Shown: positions 42,883 to 51,312 of the stretch, piece after piece
How the letters are laid out: each line of letters opens with the position of its first letter
Position numbering within the stretch: position 1 is the stretch's first letter
Assembly: GCA_049513895.1 (NCBI GenBank)
Contig: JBEKVO010000005.1
Coordinates: 13,389-77,388, forward strand
Origin: Rectinemataceae bacterium
GTDB lineage: Bacteria > Spirochaetota > Spirochaetia > Treponematales > Rectinemataceae
Reading direction: 5' to 3'
DNA: 64,000 nt
The notes under the pieces: generated by a model
Told to the model about the DNA's origin: nothing
Databases searched by the model: none
Seen by the model: the letters and a program-made list of their open reading frames with translations, nothing else
Translations under genes and position numbers: made by a program

Positions 42883-44355
42883 TTGAATAAACGGGATTTT
42901 CCGCGTGTGCATTTCTATGATCAAGACTTCGTCGAGGTGTATGATCGCACCTGGGCATGGATCGCAGATTGTTGGGCTTCCGGCGGAGTAGGGACGCCGA
43001 TAGAGAAATCCAAGTATTTCCAGTACAACAACGAACCCGTAATCGATTTGTTGGATCAGGTCTTCTCGTCTTTTTTTCTCGTCTATTCCAATAGGATATA
43101 TGCCGCGTCAAGCGGCCTCGATACTCTTTACGCGCTTCAGGAATCCAATGGCGCGATTCGATCACGCTACGATGCGGAGACGGGTAGTCCAATTTTTCCG
43201 AAGGACAATCCCGAAGGCCTCGGCCTCCCTCTCTTCGCTTGGGCAGAGTACAACCTCTACCACAAGACCGCGAACAAGAAGCGCGTTAAGGAGGTGATGC
43301 CCTCCCTCCAGCGCCACTGGGCTTGGATGGAATCGACCTTCAAGCGCGAGAACGGTCTCTACGATGTCCCTGTCTCGGCCACGGGAATGGAGAACTCTCC
43401 CCGCGCCGGCGCTCTTTACCTCTCGGACTTCAACGCGGCGATGGCGATGAACGCCCTCTACCTGTCTGCCCTCGGCGACATTCTCAACGATAAGGAAGCC
43501 TCTTTCCAATTCAAGCGCTCCTATTTTTCGCTAAAAACGCGCATCAATTCCCTGATGTGGAACGCCGTCGACGGCTTCTACTACGATCTCGACAAAGACG
43601 AAAAACAGGTACCGACGAAGACCATAGGCGGCTATTGGCCGCTCCTCGCCGAGATACCCAACGAAGAGCGTTCCGAGCGGCTCATCGCTCACTTGAAGGA
43701 TCCAGCCATTTTCGGTACTGAGCACCCCTTCCCCACTCTTGCCGCCGATCAGAAGGCCTACGACAAACGGGGCATGGGCTACAGAGGGTCGGTCGTTCCG
43801 CCTTTTACCTATATGGTCATCAAGGGCCTTGAAAAGTACAATCAGTACGAGCTGGCCCGCGACTGCGCGATCCGCCACCTCTATTTTGTCCTTGACTCGA
43901 TGCACCAAGGCGGCGAGGACCGCGATGAAGACGGGGACAGGCGTTCCGAGAAGGGCTCGCCCGAGCATAGGCCCACCGTTTGGGAAGCCTACCAGCCGCA
44001 GAATGAGGGCAAGGCAATCTGGCCGGAACGTCCCGAATGGCCCCGCCCCCAGTTTCTCGCCTTTACGGGCCTGTCGACCATCGCCCTCATGATCGAGAAC
44101 ATCGTCGGGCTCTATATCTCCCTGCCGCGCAAGACGGTCGATTGGATCATCCCCAACCTCGAGATCATGGGCATCGAGAATCTCTCGCTCAAGCGCAATC
44201 TCGTGACCATACTCTCCAATAAATCGGGCCGAGGCTGGGAGATCCACATGGAGAGCGAGAAGCTCTACTATTTTACGATCAACGTGCTCGGCAAGAAGAA
44301 GAAGACCCTGCCAATTCCCTCGGGCAAGTGCTCGATGCTCATAGACAAGATATAA
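42883..44355 (+). CDS. Six-hairpin glycoside hydrolase (GH63/MGH1-like or trehalase-like)
   Basis: GLYDVPVSATGMENSPR and WEAYQPQNE motifs of (alpha/alpha)6 glucosidase/trehalase-type enzymes; TTG 42883 has a GGGG RBS, GTG 42847 is the alternative start. Confidence 0.65.
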   Translation: MNKRDFPRVHFYDQDFVEVYDRTWAWIADCWASGGVGTPIEKSKYFQYNNEPVIDLLDQVFSSFFLVYSNRIYAASSGLDTLYALQESNGAIRSRYDAETGSPIFPKDNPEGLGLPLFAWAEYNLYHKTANKKRVKEVMPSLQRHWAWMESTFKRENGLYDVPVSATGMENSPRAGALYLSDFNAAMAMNALYLSALGDILNDKEASFQFKRSYFSLKTRINSLMWNAVDGFYYDLDKDEKQVPTKTIGGYWPLLAEIPNEERSERLIAHLKDPAIFGTEHPFPTLAADQKAYDKRGMGYRGSVVPPFTYMVIKGLEKYNQYELARDCAIRHLYFVLDSMHQGGEDRDEDGDRRSEKGSPEHRPTVWEAYQPQNEGKAIWPERPEWPRPQFLAFTGLSTIALMIENIVGLYISLPRKTVDWIIPNLEIMGIENLSLKRNLVTILSNKSGRGWEIHMESEKLYYFTINVLGKKKKTLPIPSGKCSMLIDKI

Positions 44356-44397
44356 GTTGAGCGGGATACCCTTGCAGACATTATCTAAGGCCGCCTC

Positions 44398-44560
44398 TTC
44401 GACGGGTCCCAGCTCGCGAAAAGCGTCTCCAGACAAGCTGGGGGCGTTTTTCGCGGCGTGTCCCGTCAAGGGGTGGTCCTCGGGATGTCAGGACGGGGGT
44501 TACCCATTCAAGCTGCATTCTATTTCATGAGCATGAGCGCGTTGTTTTTGCACCGTTAAA
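44398..44560. repeat. Left copy of island-flanking repeats: X (44398-44466) followed by Y (44486-44560)
   Basis: X matches the reverse complement of 47515-47592 almost base for base; Y aligns in direct orientation with 47353-47430 at roughly 70 percent identity by eye. Confidence 0.7.
44419..44451 (+). terminator. Bidirectional rho-independent terminator after the glycoside hydrolase gene (core of repeat X)
   Basis: AAAAGCGTCTCCAG-ACAAG-CTGGGGGCGTTTTT. Confidence 0.65.
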
Positions 44561-45080
44561 TATTCCCGAATCGAACGTAGGACCCCCCTTAGCGGAGTAG
44601 CTTTGCGCGTTGGGCGATCGCTGAATGATTATTAGCGGAGGTCCAGGCCTATTCGAGGAACTTCCGATACTCGACGCCCAATGCATCTCCGAGCTTGCGC
44701 TCCATCGTGAGGACACAACCGCGCGCCGATCATTCTCAACCGCGGAGAGGTTTGGATACCGCGTATCGATAGCTTCATGACGCTGGCGCGATCCTCGCGG
44801 AGATACCCATACCCGGCGATTCAAAACCAGGTTCTGGAGTTCTGGAGTACAAACCCGAAAGTATCGTGGGTTAGCGTACACAGAAACCAACACTGAACCC
44901 GCATTAGAAGCAGTTCAAGCACAGCTCATGCAACAGAGCTGGATACTTAGGTCTACTCCGTGGAACTTATTCTAGGGCCCCCTCAACACACCGGATAAAG
45001 GTGGTATCGAGGCTTTTCGGCACATTGACCTCATTTGATTGAATCAACATAATAGCCGCCGACAATCAAGGAGAAGGACA

Positions 45081-46211
45081 ATGGGATTCACATCGCTCAC
45101 AATACAAGATTTTCGCGCATTCAAAGATCTTCAAATTGACGGTTTTGGGAATGTCAACTTGATTGTTGGGCGCAACAACACAGGCAAGACCTCCCTACTA
45201 GAAGCATTACTCTTGATAACGGGAATGTCCAATCCCGGACTTCCGATCGCCATACACAATTGGCGAGATCTCATACTAACAGAAGCTGATGATTTTCAAT
45301 TCATGTTCCACAATCTTGACTTCAGCAATATTATTCATATCACCGCCGTCCAGTTTGACGGGAAGGTGCGGAATCTTAAAATTGAGCCTCAATATGGCAT
45401 CACCCCGGGGAGTCTTATTCCTGGGAGTCTTATTCCTGGTGGCTTTATCCCTGGGCCCCAAGGAATTGATCAATCCAGCGAGACTATCGGAGGTAAAAAA
45501 AGTGGAACCCATTCCCTGGCTTCTACGCTATCCAACAAAAACATCACAGGAATTCAACTTTCTTTCACTACACCAGAGGGGAATCCCCTGACCACTTACG
45601 TCAATATCTTTCAGGGGGGCAGTGTAACCACCGCACCGCCCGTTTACAAGGATGAGCTAGTAGGCGTATTCCTCAATCCTAGAACGATAAATCTCGGTTT
45701 CGAAATTATCTGGGAAAGGCTATTGCGTGAAAAGAAAACAGACTTCGTGATCAAGGCACTCAAACAAATAGAGCCGCGAATACAACGTATTGATATCGGA
45801 ACACGGGGTATGCTCTGGGTCGACATTGGGCTCGAAACACTGGCTCCCATCAACATCCTTGGCGACGGCTTCCGACATATATTCACAGTGCTCGCATCTC
45901 TCTATACGGCTCAAAACGGGGTGCTAATCATCGATGAAATCGAAAACGGTTTACATCATTCTACCCTAGAAGTCATGTGGGATGCGTTGCTGGCAGCTAG
46001 CCAGGACTACAATGTTCAGGTTTTTGCAACAACACATTCCTACGAGTGTGTTGTTGCTTATGCTGATGCAGTAGAAAAGATTTATCCTATTGCCCCCGAT
46101 TCCGCCAAACTTTTTCGGTTAGAAAGAATACCCGAAGGCGGCCATAGAGCTGTCCCGTACACTTCGAAAGTCATGAGAACAGCGCTTGACCAAGGGTATG
46201 AGGTTCGATGA
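45081..46211 (+). CDS. ABC/SMC-type ATPase (AAA_21/AAA_15-like, OLD/AriA/AbiLi-class)
   Basis: Walker A GRNNTGKTS, Walker B VLIIDEIENGLH, H-loop ATTHS, long variable insert between them; AAGGAGAAGG RBS before ATG 45081. Confidence 0.8.
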   Translation: MGFTSLTIQDFRAFKDLQIDGFGNVNLIVGRNNTGKTSLLEALLLITGMSNPGLPIAIHNWRDLILTEADDFQFMFHNLDFSNIIHITAVQFDGKVRNLKIEPQYGITPGSLIPGSLIPGGFIPGPQGIDQSSETIGGKKSGTHSLASTLSNKNITGIQLSFTTPEGNPLTTYVNIFQGGSVTTAPPVYKDELVGVFLNPRTINLGFEIIWERLLREKKTDFVIKALKQIEPRIQRIDIGTRGMLWVDIGLETLAPINILGDGFRHIFTVLASLYTAQNGVLIIDEIENGLHHSTLEVMWDALLAASQDYNVQVFATTHSYECVVAYADAVEKIYPIAPDSAKLFRLERIPEGGHRAVPYTSKVMRTALDQGYEVR

Positions 46212-46855
46212 TGGCTACACGAACACTACCTCCTCCTCAGCCACTCACCTCTCACCGCCTGCTTGCAGTTGAAGGCCTTGATGAGTGCAATTTTTTCAAA
46301 GCGTTAGCGAAGCTACTGCCTATTCACGATGTACAGATCAGAAATGTCGGCGGCAATATAAAATTTGCAGAAGAGTTTGAAGCCCTCCAGAAAATGGAGG
46401 GCTTTAACGCATTAACGGCTATAGGAATTGTGCGTGACGCAGAGCAAGACCCCGCCACGCACGCTTTCCAAAGTGTATGCCACATTCTAAACAATTTTGG
46501 GCTACCATTCCCTGCTGCTCCTGGTCAAGTTAGCCTTGCGCAGACTCCCTCGGTAGGTGTATTTATCATGCCGGACAATGCCTCCCTGGGGATGCTCGAA
46601 GATCTCTGTTTAGAGACACTTCAAGGGACCCCCATAGAAGACTGTTTGCAGCATTATGTTGCTTGCTTTTCTTCCACACAGTTGCCAGAAGAACAAAAAC
46701 ACTTCAAGCCTTCTAAGGCTCATGTGCAAGCGTATTTAGCATCGAGGGCACCAATCGTTCCCTCTTTGGGACTAGGGGCACTACACAATTATTGGGATTT
46801 GGACCATTCATGTTTTAGCGAAATCAAGCGCTTTTTAACGGCCCTTTTCCCGTAA
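46208..46855 (+). CDS. Small TOPRIM-like protein (DUF4276/DUF3226/DUF4435/RloB-like partner of ABC ATPases)
   Basis: ATGATG overlap with the ATPase stop; LLAVEGLDE (strand + invariant Glu), IGIVRDAEQD and FIMPDNASLGMLEDL acidic clusters; family not resolvable by eye. Confidence 0.65.
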   Translation: MMATRTLPPPQPLTSHRLLAVEGLDECNFFKALAKLLPIHDVQIRNVGGNIKFAEEFEALQKMEGFNALTAIGIVRDAEQDPATHAFQSVCHILNNFGLPFPAAPGQVSLAQTPSVGVFIMPDNASLGMLEDLCLETLQGTPIEDCLQHYVACFSSTQLPEEQKHFKPSKAHVQAYLASRAPIVPSLGLGALHNYWDLDHSCFSEIKRFLTALFP

Positions 46856-47099
46856 TTGCGCGCTCCGCGGCGTAGTCAACGCCGGCGAGGCCGATCTTGA
46901 GATCAAGGTCGCGCACGAGCCGCTGGCTGTAGGCCCGGCGGTCGAAGGTCTCGACGCCCGCTGACCCTGATTCGACGACCTGCTCGAAGGCGCTCCACGT
47001 CCGTTTCGGTCGAAGATTCCATGAGTCCGAGAATAGAATGTTCTCGAGCTCATGGACAAACGCATACTCTGTCTCGCGTTGGGGATTGTCCTAAATTCC

Positions 47100-47365
47100 G
47101 GGCTCGGTATACCAAGCCCAGAACGAGTTCTTAAAGAAAAAAGTACAGACATTGCGTTACGATAAAAGCTCAGAAAAAGTACCTCGCGGTCACGCGCGAA
47201 GACGCGCTCAAAGCCTTCGAACACTTTGTCGAGTCTTTTGGGGCGAAATATCCGAAGGCGGTGGAATTTTTCATGAAGGACAAAGATAACTTCTTCGCGT
47301 TCTATGACTTCCCCGCCGCCCATTGGATTCACCTGAGAACTACAAATCCTATCGAGTCGAGTGTC
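47100..47365 (+). pseudogene. Decayed, frameshifted C-terminal relic of an IS256-family transposase
   Basis: EDALKAFEHFVESFGAKYPKAVEFFMKDKDNFFAFYDFPAAHWIHLRTTNPIES matches the conserved IS256 C-terminal block; upstream KKVQTLRYDKSSEKVP is a degenerate QRCxVHKxRN region in another frame; no DDE core present. Confidence 0.7.
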
Positions 47366-47592
47366 AGGACGGGGTTTACCCGCTCAGGCTGTCCCTTTTC
47401 CCCGAGCGCATGGGCGCGTTGTTGTAAACCATCAACTCCGCGCGCTGAAGTAGCATTGCCTTTCGATGACGCCGACACGGGTGGACGCAGCGCTGATATG
47501 TCCCAAGGCTGCCGATCCGCCGGGACACCGCGTAAAAACGCCCCCAGCTTGTCTGGGGTCGTTTTTCGCGAGCTGGGACCCGGCGGAGGGGT
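47353..47592. repeat. Right copy of island-flanking repeats: Y (47353-47430, direct) and X (47515-47592, inverted)
   Basis: See left copy; read and aligned by hand. Confidence 0.7.
47534..47566 (-). terminator. Bidirectional terminator after the EamA gene (core of repeat X)
   Basis: AAAAACGCCCCCAG-CTTGT-CTGGGGTCGTTTTT. Confidence 0.6.
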
Positions 47593-47617
47593 AGCCTTGA
47601 ATCATGTAGAGCCTCAA

Positions 47618-48535
47618 TTACGCGTTCGCCGATTGGGAGGGCTTTGTCGACTCAAGTTGGGAGATGATGGTGCCGCAGAGCATGAGGAGGCCTCCCGCGA
47701 CGAGGCGCGGCGTCAGAGGCTCCCCGAGCAGGATGATTCCTCCGATCGCGGCGAAGAGCGACTCCAGCGACAGAATGATCGACGCGTGGGCCGGGTGCGC
47801 GGTCTTCTGCGCGTAGATCTGAAGCGTGAAGGCGACGCCGGTCGAGAATATTCCGCCGTAGAGAATGGGCACGGCCGCCGCGAGGGTCCCCGCGAAGGGG
47901 GCGCTCTCGAGGGTCAGGGCGCCGAACAGGCTGAAAAGCGAACAGAGGGCGTACTGGCCGATCGCCAACTCGAGACCGTCCATGCGGCCGCCGAAGCGCC
48001 CGACTACCAGTATGTGAAGGGCCCAGAAAAAGGCGCCCACCAGCTCGAGTAGATCGCCGCGGGCAATCGTGAAGCCCGAGCCTATGCTGAGAATGTAGAG
48101 ACCCGTGAGGGCGATAAGAGCGCCCGCCCAGATGCGCGGCCCCGATCTCCTGCCGAAGGCGAAGCCGACGAGGGGCACGAGGATTACATAGAGGCAGGTG
48201 ATAAAGCCCGAATTTCCCGCCGTGGTGGTGACTAGGCCCATCTGTTGGAAGCTCGTGCCACAGAAGAGTACCGCCCCCGTTACGGAGATGTAGGCGAGCT
48301 TTTTCGCAAGGCCCGGTCTGGGGCCGCCCGAGGGGCCGGCGGCGCGAGTGCGGCGTTTCACGACAAGGAGGATGGGCAGGACGCTGAGCGCGCCTACCGC
48401 GAAGCGAACGGCGTTGAAGGCGAAGGGCCCGATGCTCTCCATGCCGCTCCGCTGTGCCGAGAATGCGGAGCCCCAGATGACGGCCGTGATGACGAGGAGG
48501 CCGTCGGACTTAAGATCGTCCTTGGAGATTCGCAT
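47618..48535 (-). CDS. EamA/DMT family transporter
   Basis: Ten predicted TM helices, two EamA repeats (VIWGSAFSAQR...); ATG 48535 preferred, 48604 possible. Confidence 0.8.
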   Translation of the reverse strand: MRISKDDLKSDGLLVITAVIWGSAFSAQRSGMESIGPFAFNAVRFAVGALSVLPILLVVKRRTRAAGPSGGPRPGLAKKLAYISVTGAVLFCGTSFQQMGLVTTTAGNSGFITCLYVILVPLVGFAFGRRSGPRIWAGALIALTGLYILSIGSGFTIARGDLLELVGAFFWALHILVVGRFGGRMDGLELAIGQYALCSLFSLFGALTLESAPFAGTLAAAVPILYGGIFSTGVAFTLQIYAQKTAHPAHASIILSLESLFAAIGGIILLGEPLTPRLVAGGLLMLCGTIISQLESTKPSQSANA

Positions 48536-48630
48536 AAGCGCGAGATTATACGACCTAATGCCGCGGGGGCAAGCGGGCGGTTCTTGGGACTCGATGAAGG
48601 TCATCTCGTTTCGTGCCGATACTATTGGGG

Positions 48631-49410
48631 ATGCTCGATAGAATCGGACGAGCTACGCTCGGCGCCATCGACGAATTCTTCTATAGCCTCGGCTTTTTCG
48701 CCCAAGTGCTGAAGGAGTCCGCCCTCCTCTTCCGTCGAAGGCAGGTGGGATTCCGCGTCCTCGTGATGCAGATACTCTTCACGGGGATCGAAGCATTAGG
48801 CATTGCCGCGGCCATGGCCCTCGCCATCGGCGCCGCGATTAACCTTATAGGTTCCTCCCTCCTCGCCGAGTTCGGCCAGGGCAAGCTCATGTATACGATC
48901 CTCATCGTAGTCATTGCGCGCGAGCTCGGACCTCTACTCACCGCCTTCATCGTCATAGCGCGCTCGGGTACGGCCATCGCAACCGAGCTCGGCGGGATGG
49001 CCGTGGGGCACGAACTCGAGGCCTACGTCGCCGTCGGAGTGAATCCCATCGCCTATATCGCAGCGCCTCGTTTTCTCGGAGTCGTCGTCTCGATGGTCGT
49101 CCTGGACGTCTACTTCAACGTCTTCGGCCTCCTCGGTTCCTTCGCGGTCGTGCAATTCCTCCGCCCGATAGGCTTCGATGAATATTTCCGCAGCCTCTTC
49201 GCAGCTCTTACTCCGGGCGACCTCCTCTCGGGCTTCGTCAAGAGCCTCGTATTCGGCGTCATTATCTCCGTAGTGTCCCTTTACCGCGGCTTCGCGGTGG
49301 AGAGGTCGGTCACCGAGGTGCCCGTCGCGGGAATTAAAGCAGTTGGGTCGAGCTTCGTGCTCTGCATTTTTGCGGACGTCGTCATGACGGCGATTCAGTA
49401 CCTGGGATAG
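48631..49410 (+). CDS. mlaE: MlaE-family ABC transporter permease
   Basis: VIARELGPLLTAFIVIARSGTAIATELGGM signature. Confidence 0.75.
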   Translation: MLDRIGRATLGAIDEFFYSLGFFAQVLKESALLFRRRQVGFRVLVMQILFTGIEALGIAAAMALAIGAAINLIGSSLLAEFGQGKLMYTILIVVIARELGPLLTAFIVIARSGTAIATELGGMAVGHELEAYVAVGVNPIAYIAAPRFLGVVVSMVVLDVYFNVFGLLGSFAVVQFLRPIGFDEYFRSLFAALTPGDLLSGFVKSLVFGVIISVVSLYRGFAVERSVTEVPVAGIKAVGSSFVLCIFADVVMTAIQYLG

Positions 49411-49414
49411 CGCG

Positions 49415-50239
49415 ATGACGGCCATTCCCGAAATCGAACTGCGCGGCATCAGTTCTCGGCGGGGCGGCTACGAGGCGCTTCGCGACGTGAATCTATCGCT
49501 CGCGTCGGGAGAAACCCTCTTCACGATGGGCGGCGCCGGGTCGGGTAAGTCGATTCTCCTCAAGACGGCTGCGGGCATCGTGCTTCCGGATGAGGGCGAG
49601 GTCCTATACAAGGGCAAGTCTCTCGAACGCATGTCGACGCGCGAGGAGGCGGCGTTCAGGAAGGCATCGGGCTTCGTGTTCCAGGACGCTGCCCTGTGGG
49701 CAAACCAAAGTCTCTATGACAATCTGGCTTTGCCGGCGCGGCTCCACGAACCGCGCTGGGGCAATGCGGATGTCGATCGCGCCGTCAGGCGCGCCGCGGA
49801 GATCGTCGGTTACGACCAGGAGCTGCGCACGAGGCCCGCCGATATTTCGTCGGGCGGACGCAAGCTTATCGGCCTCGCTCGCGCCCTCGTTCTCGACCCG
49901 GAGCTGCTGTTCATGGACGACCCCACGTCCATCCTGGATGAAGCCTCCTCGGCGAGGGTGCCGGAGATCATCGATGCGCTTAAGGCCCGGGGTTGCAGCA
50001 TTCTTGTGGCGAGCGCGGTCTCGGATTTCGCCTCGCGTTGCGCGGATTCCGTCGCCGTCCTATTAAATGGGACGCTGGCCGCATACGGCGTCTATGCCGA
50101 TACGGTGGAATGGACGGATCCTCTTGTGCGTGGGGTTACCGGTCGGATGAAGGCTCGCGGGTCCGTCGCGGACCCGCGAGGCGCATCTGCATTGGGTGAT
50201 ATCATCAACGACGCAGGCGATGAGAAGGATGGGGCATGA
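49415..50239 (+). CDS. mlaF: MlaF-like ABC transporter ATP-binding protein
   Basis: GGAGSGKS Walker A, ISSGGRKLIGLARAL signature, LLFMDDP Walker B. Confidence 0.75.
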   Translation: MTAIPEIELRGISSRRGGYEALRDVNLSLASGETLFTMGGAGSGKSILLKTAAGIVLPDEGEVLYKGKSLERMSTREEAAFRKASGFVFQDAALWANQSLYDNLALPARLHEPRWGNADVDRAVRRAAEIVGYDQELRTRPADISSGGRKLIGLARALVLDPELLFMDDPTSILDEASSARVPEIIDALKARGCSILVASAVSDFASRCADSVAVLLNGTLAAYGVYADTVEWTDPLVRGVTGRMKARGSVADPRGASALGDIINDAGDEKDGA

Positions 50240-51312
50240 GATTCAGGATAAAACACGCCGACAAGGTAGTCGGGTTCTTCGTGCTTCTCGCGGTGATCTT
50301 TCTGGCGGGAGGCATTATTTTCCTAGGCGCCAACCAACGCTGGTTCTCGAAAGACATACACTTTACGACGCGTTTTGCGTCGGCCGCGGGCGCATCGCCC
50401 GGTACGGCGATCATGATGCGAGGCTTCCAGGTCGGCAAGGTGACCAAGGTGAAGCTCAATGCGCAAAACGTAGTCGACGCGGATTTCGTCATCTACGACA
50501 GCTACTACCCGAAGGTGAAGGTGAACTCCGTCCTCGAACTCGTCACTTCGCCGATAGGCCTCGGGACCCAGCTTCTCTTCCACCCCGGCAAGGACGAGGC
50601 GCTCGCGCCCCCGGGGAGCAACGTGCCCCTCGCCGACTCCGACGAAGGCAGAGACCTCATCGATCAGGGCCTCGTCGACATACCGGTAAAGGACGACACC
50701 ATAACCCGCCTCATCGCGGGGGTGAATCCCTTGATCGAGAACGCCAACAAGACCGTAATCACGATAAACCGCACCTTGACCGAAATAAACCGCGCCCTTG
50801 CCGGCCAGAGTTCCGGCCCCCTCGGTTCGATAGTGACGAGCGCTTCTGCGGCGGCTGCACACGCCGATGGCTTGCTCGCGGACGTCTCAGCCGAGGCAAA
50901 GGGGCTCGTCACCAAGGCCAACGGCCTCATCGACTCCGTCAACGCCATTACCAAGAACCTCGAAGCCACCACCTCGGCGATACGCGACCCGACGGGGCTC
51001 GTACCCAAGCTCCTCGACGCGAAGGGCTCGATCAAGACCCTGCTCGACGACAATAACGCGTTATTCGACAGCATCAACACGAGCCTGGGTGAGCTCCAGA
51101 AGACCCTGAAGAACGTTCAGGATATATCGAGCTCGGTGAGCGGGCAGATGCCGACGATCGCGGTGACGATAGACGAGGGGAGGACGGCCATCAGGCAAGC
51201 CCAGGACGTGCTTACAGGCCTCAAGAATAACCCGCTTTTGAAAGGCGGAATCCCCTCTCGGGCCGAACAAGTCCCAATGAGTCAGAGCCTGAGGGAGGGA
51301 TCCTTCCAATGA
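50236..51312 (+). CDS. mlaD: MlaD/MCE-domain protein
   Basis: N-terminal TM anchor then MCE fold start (FASAAGASPGTAIMMRGFQVGKVTKVKL), long helical tail. Confidence 0.7.
   Translation: MRFRIKHADKVVGFFVLLAVIFLAGGIIFLGANQRWFSKDIHFTTRFASAAGASPGTAIMMRGFQVGKVTKVKLNAQNVVDADFVIYDSYYPKVKVNSVLELVTSPIGLGTQLLFHPGKDEALAPPGSNVPLADSDEGRDLIDQGLVDIPVKDDTITRLIAGVNPLIENANKTVITINRTLTEINRALAGQSSGPLGSIVTSASAAAAHADGLLADVSAEAKGLVTKANGLIDSVNAITKNLEATTSAIRDPTGLVPKLLDAKGSIKTLLDDNNALFDSINTSLGELQKTLKNVQDISSSVSGQMPTIAVTIDEGRTAIRQAQDVLTGLKNNPLLKGGIPSRAEQVPMSQSLREGSFQ

Noticed and set aside
44525-44893. 122-aa minus-strand ORF in the spacer upstream of the ATPase gene
   Set aside because: It has no motif, no RBS and mixed composition. 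It is probably non-coding island DNA or a decayed remnant.
46835-47332. 165-aa minus-strand ORF between the TOPRIM-like gene and the IS relic
   Set aside because: The translation is Arg/Ser/Gly-rich. It overlaps the IS256 relic on the other strand. A different minus frame (46824-47090) looks more protein-like, but it lacks a start codon.
47261-48052. 263-aa plus-strand ORF starting in the IS256 relic
   Set aside because: Only its first ~35 codons are transposase-like. The rest reads through repeats Y and X and runs antisense to the EamA transporter.
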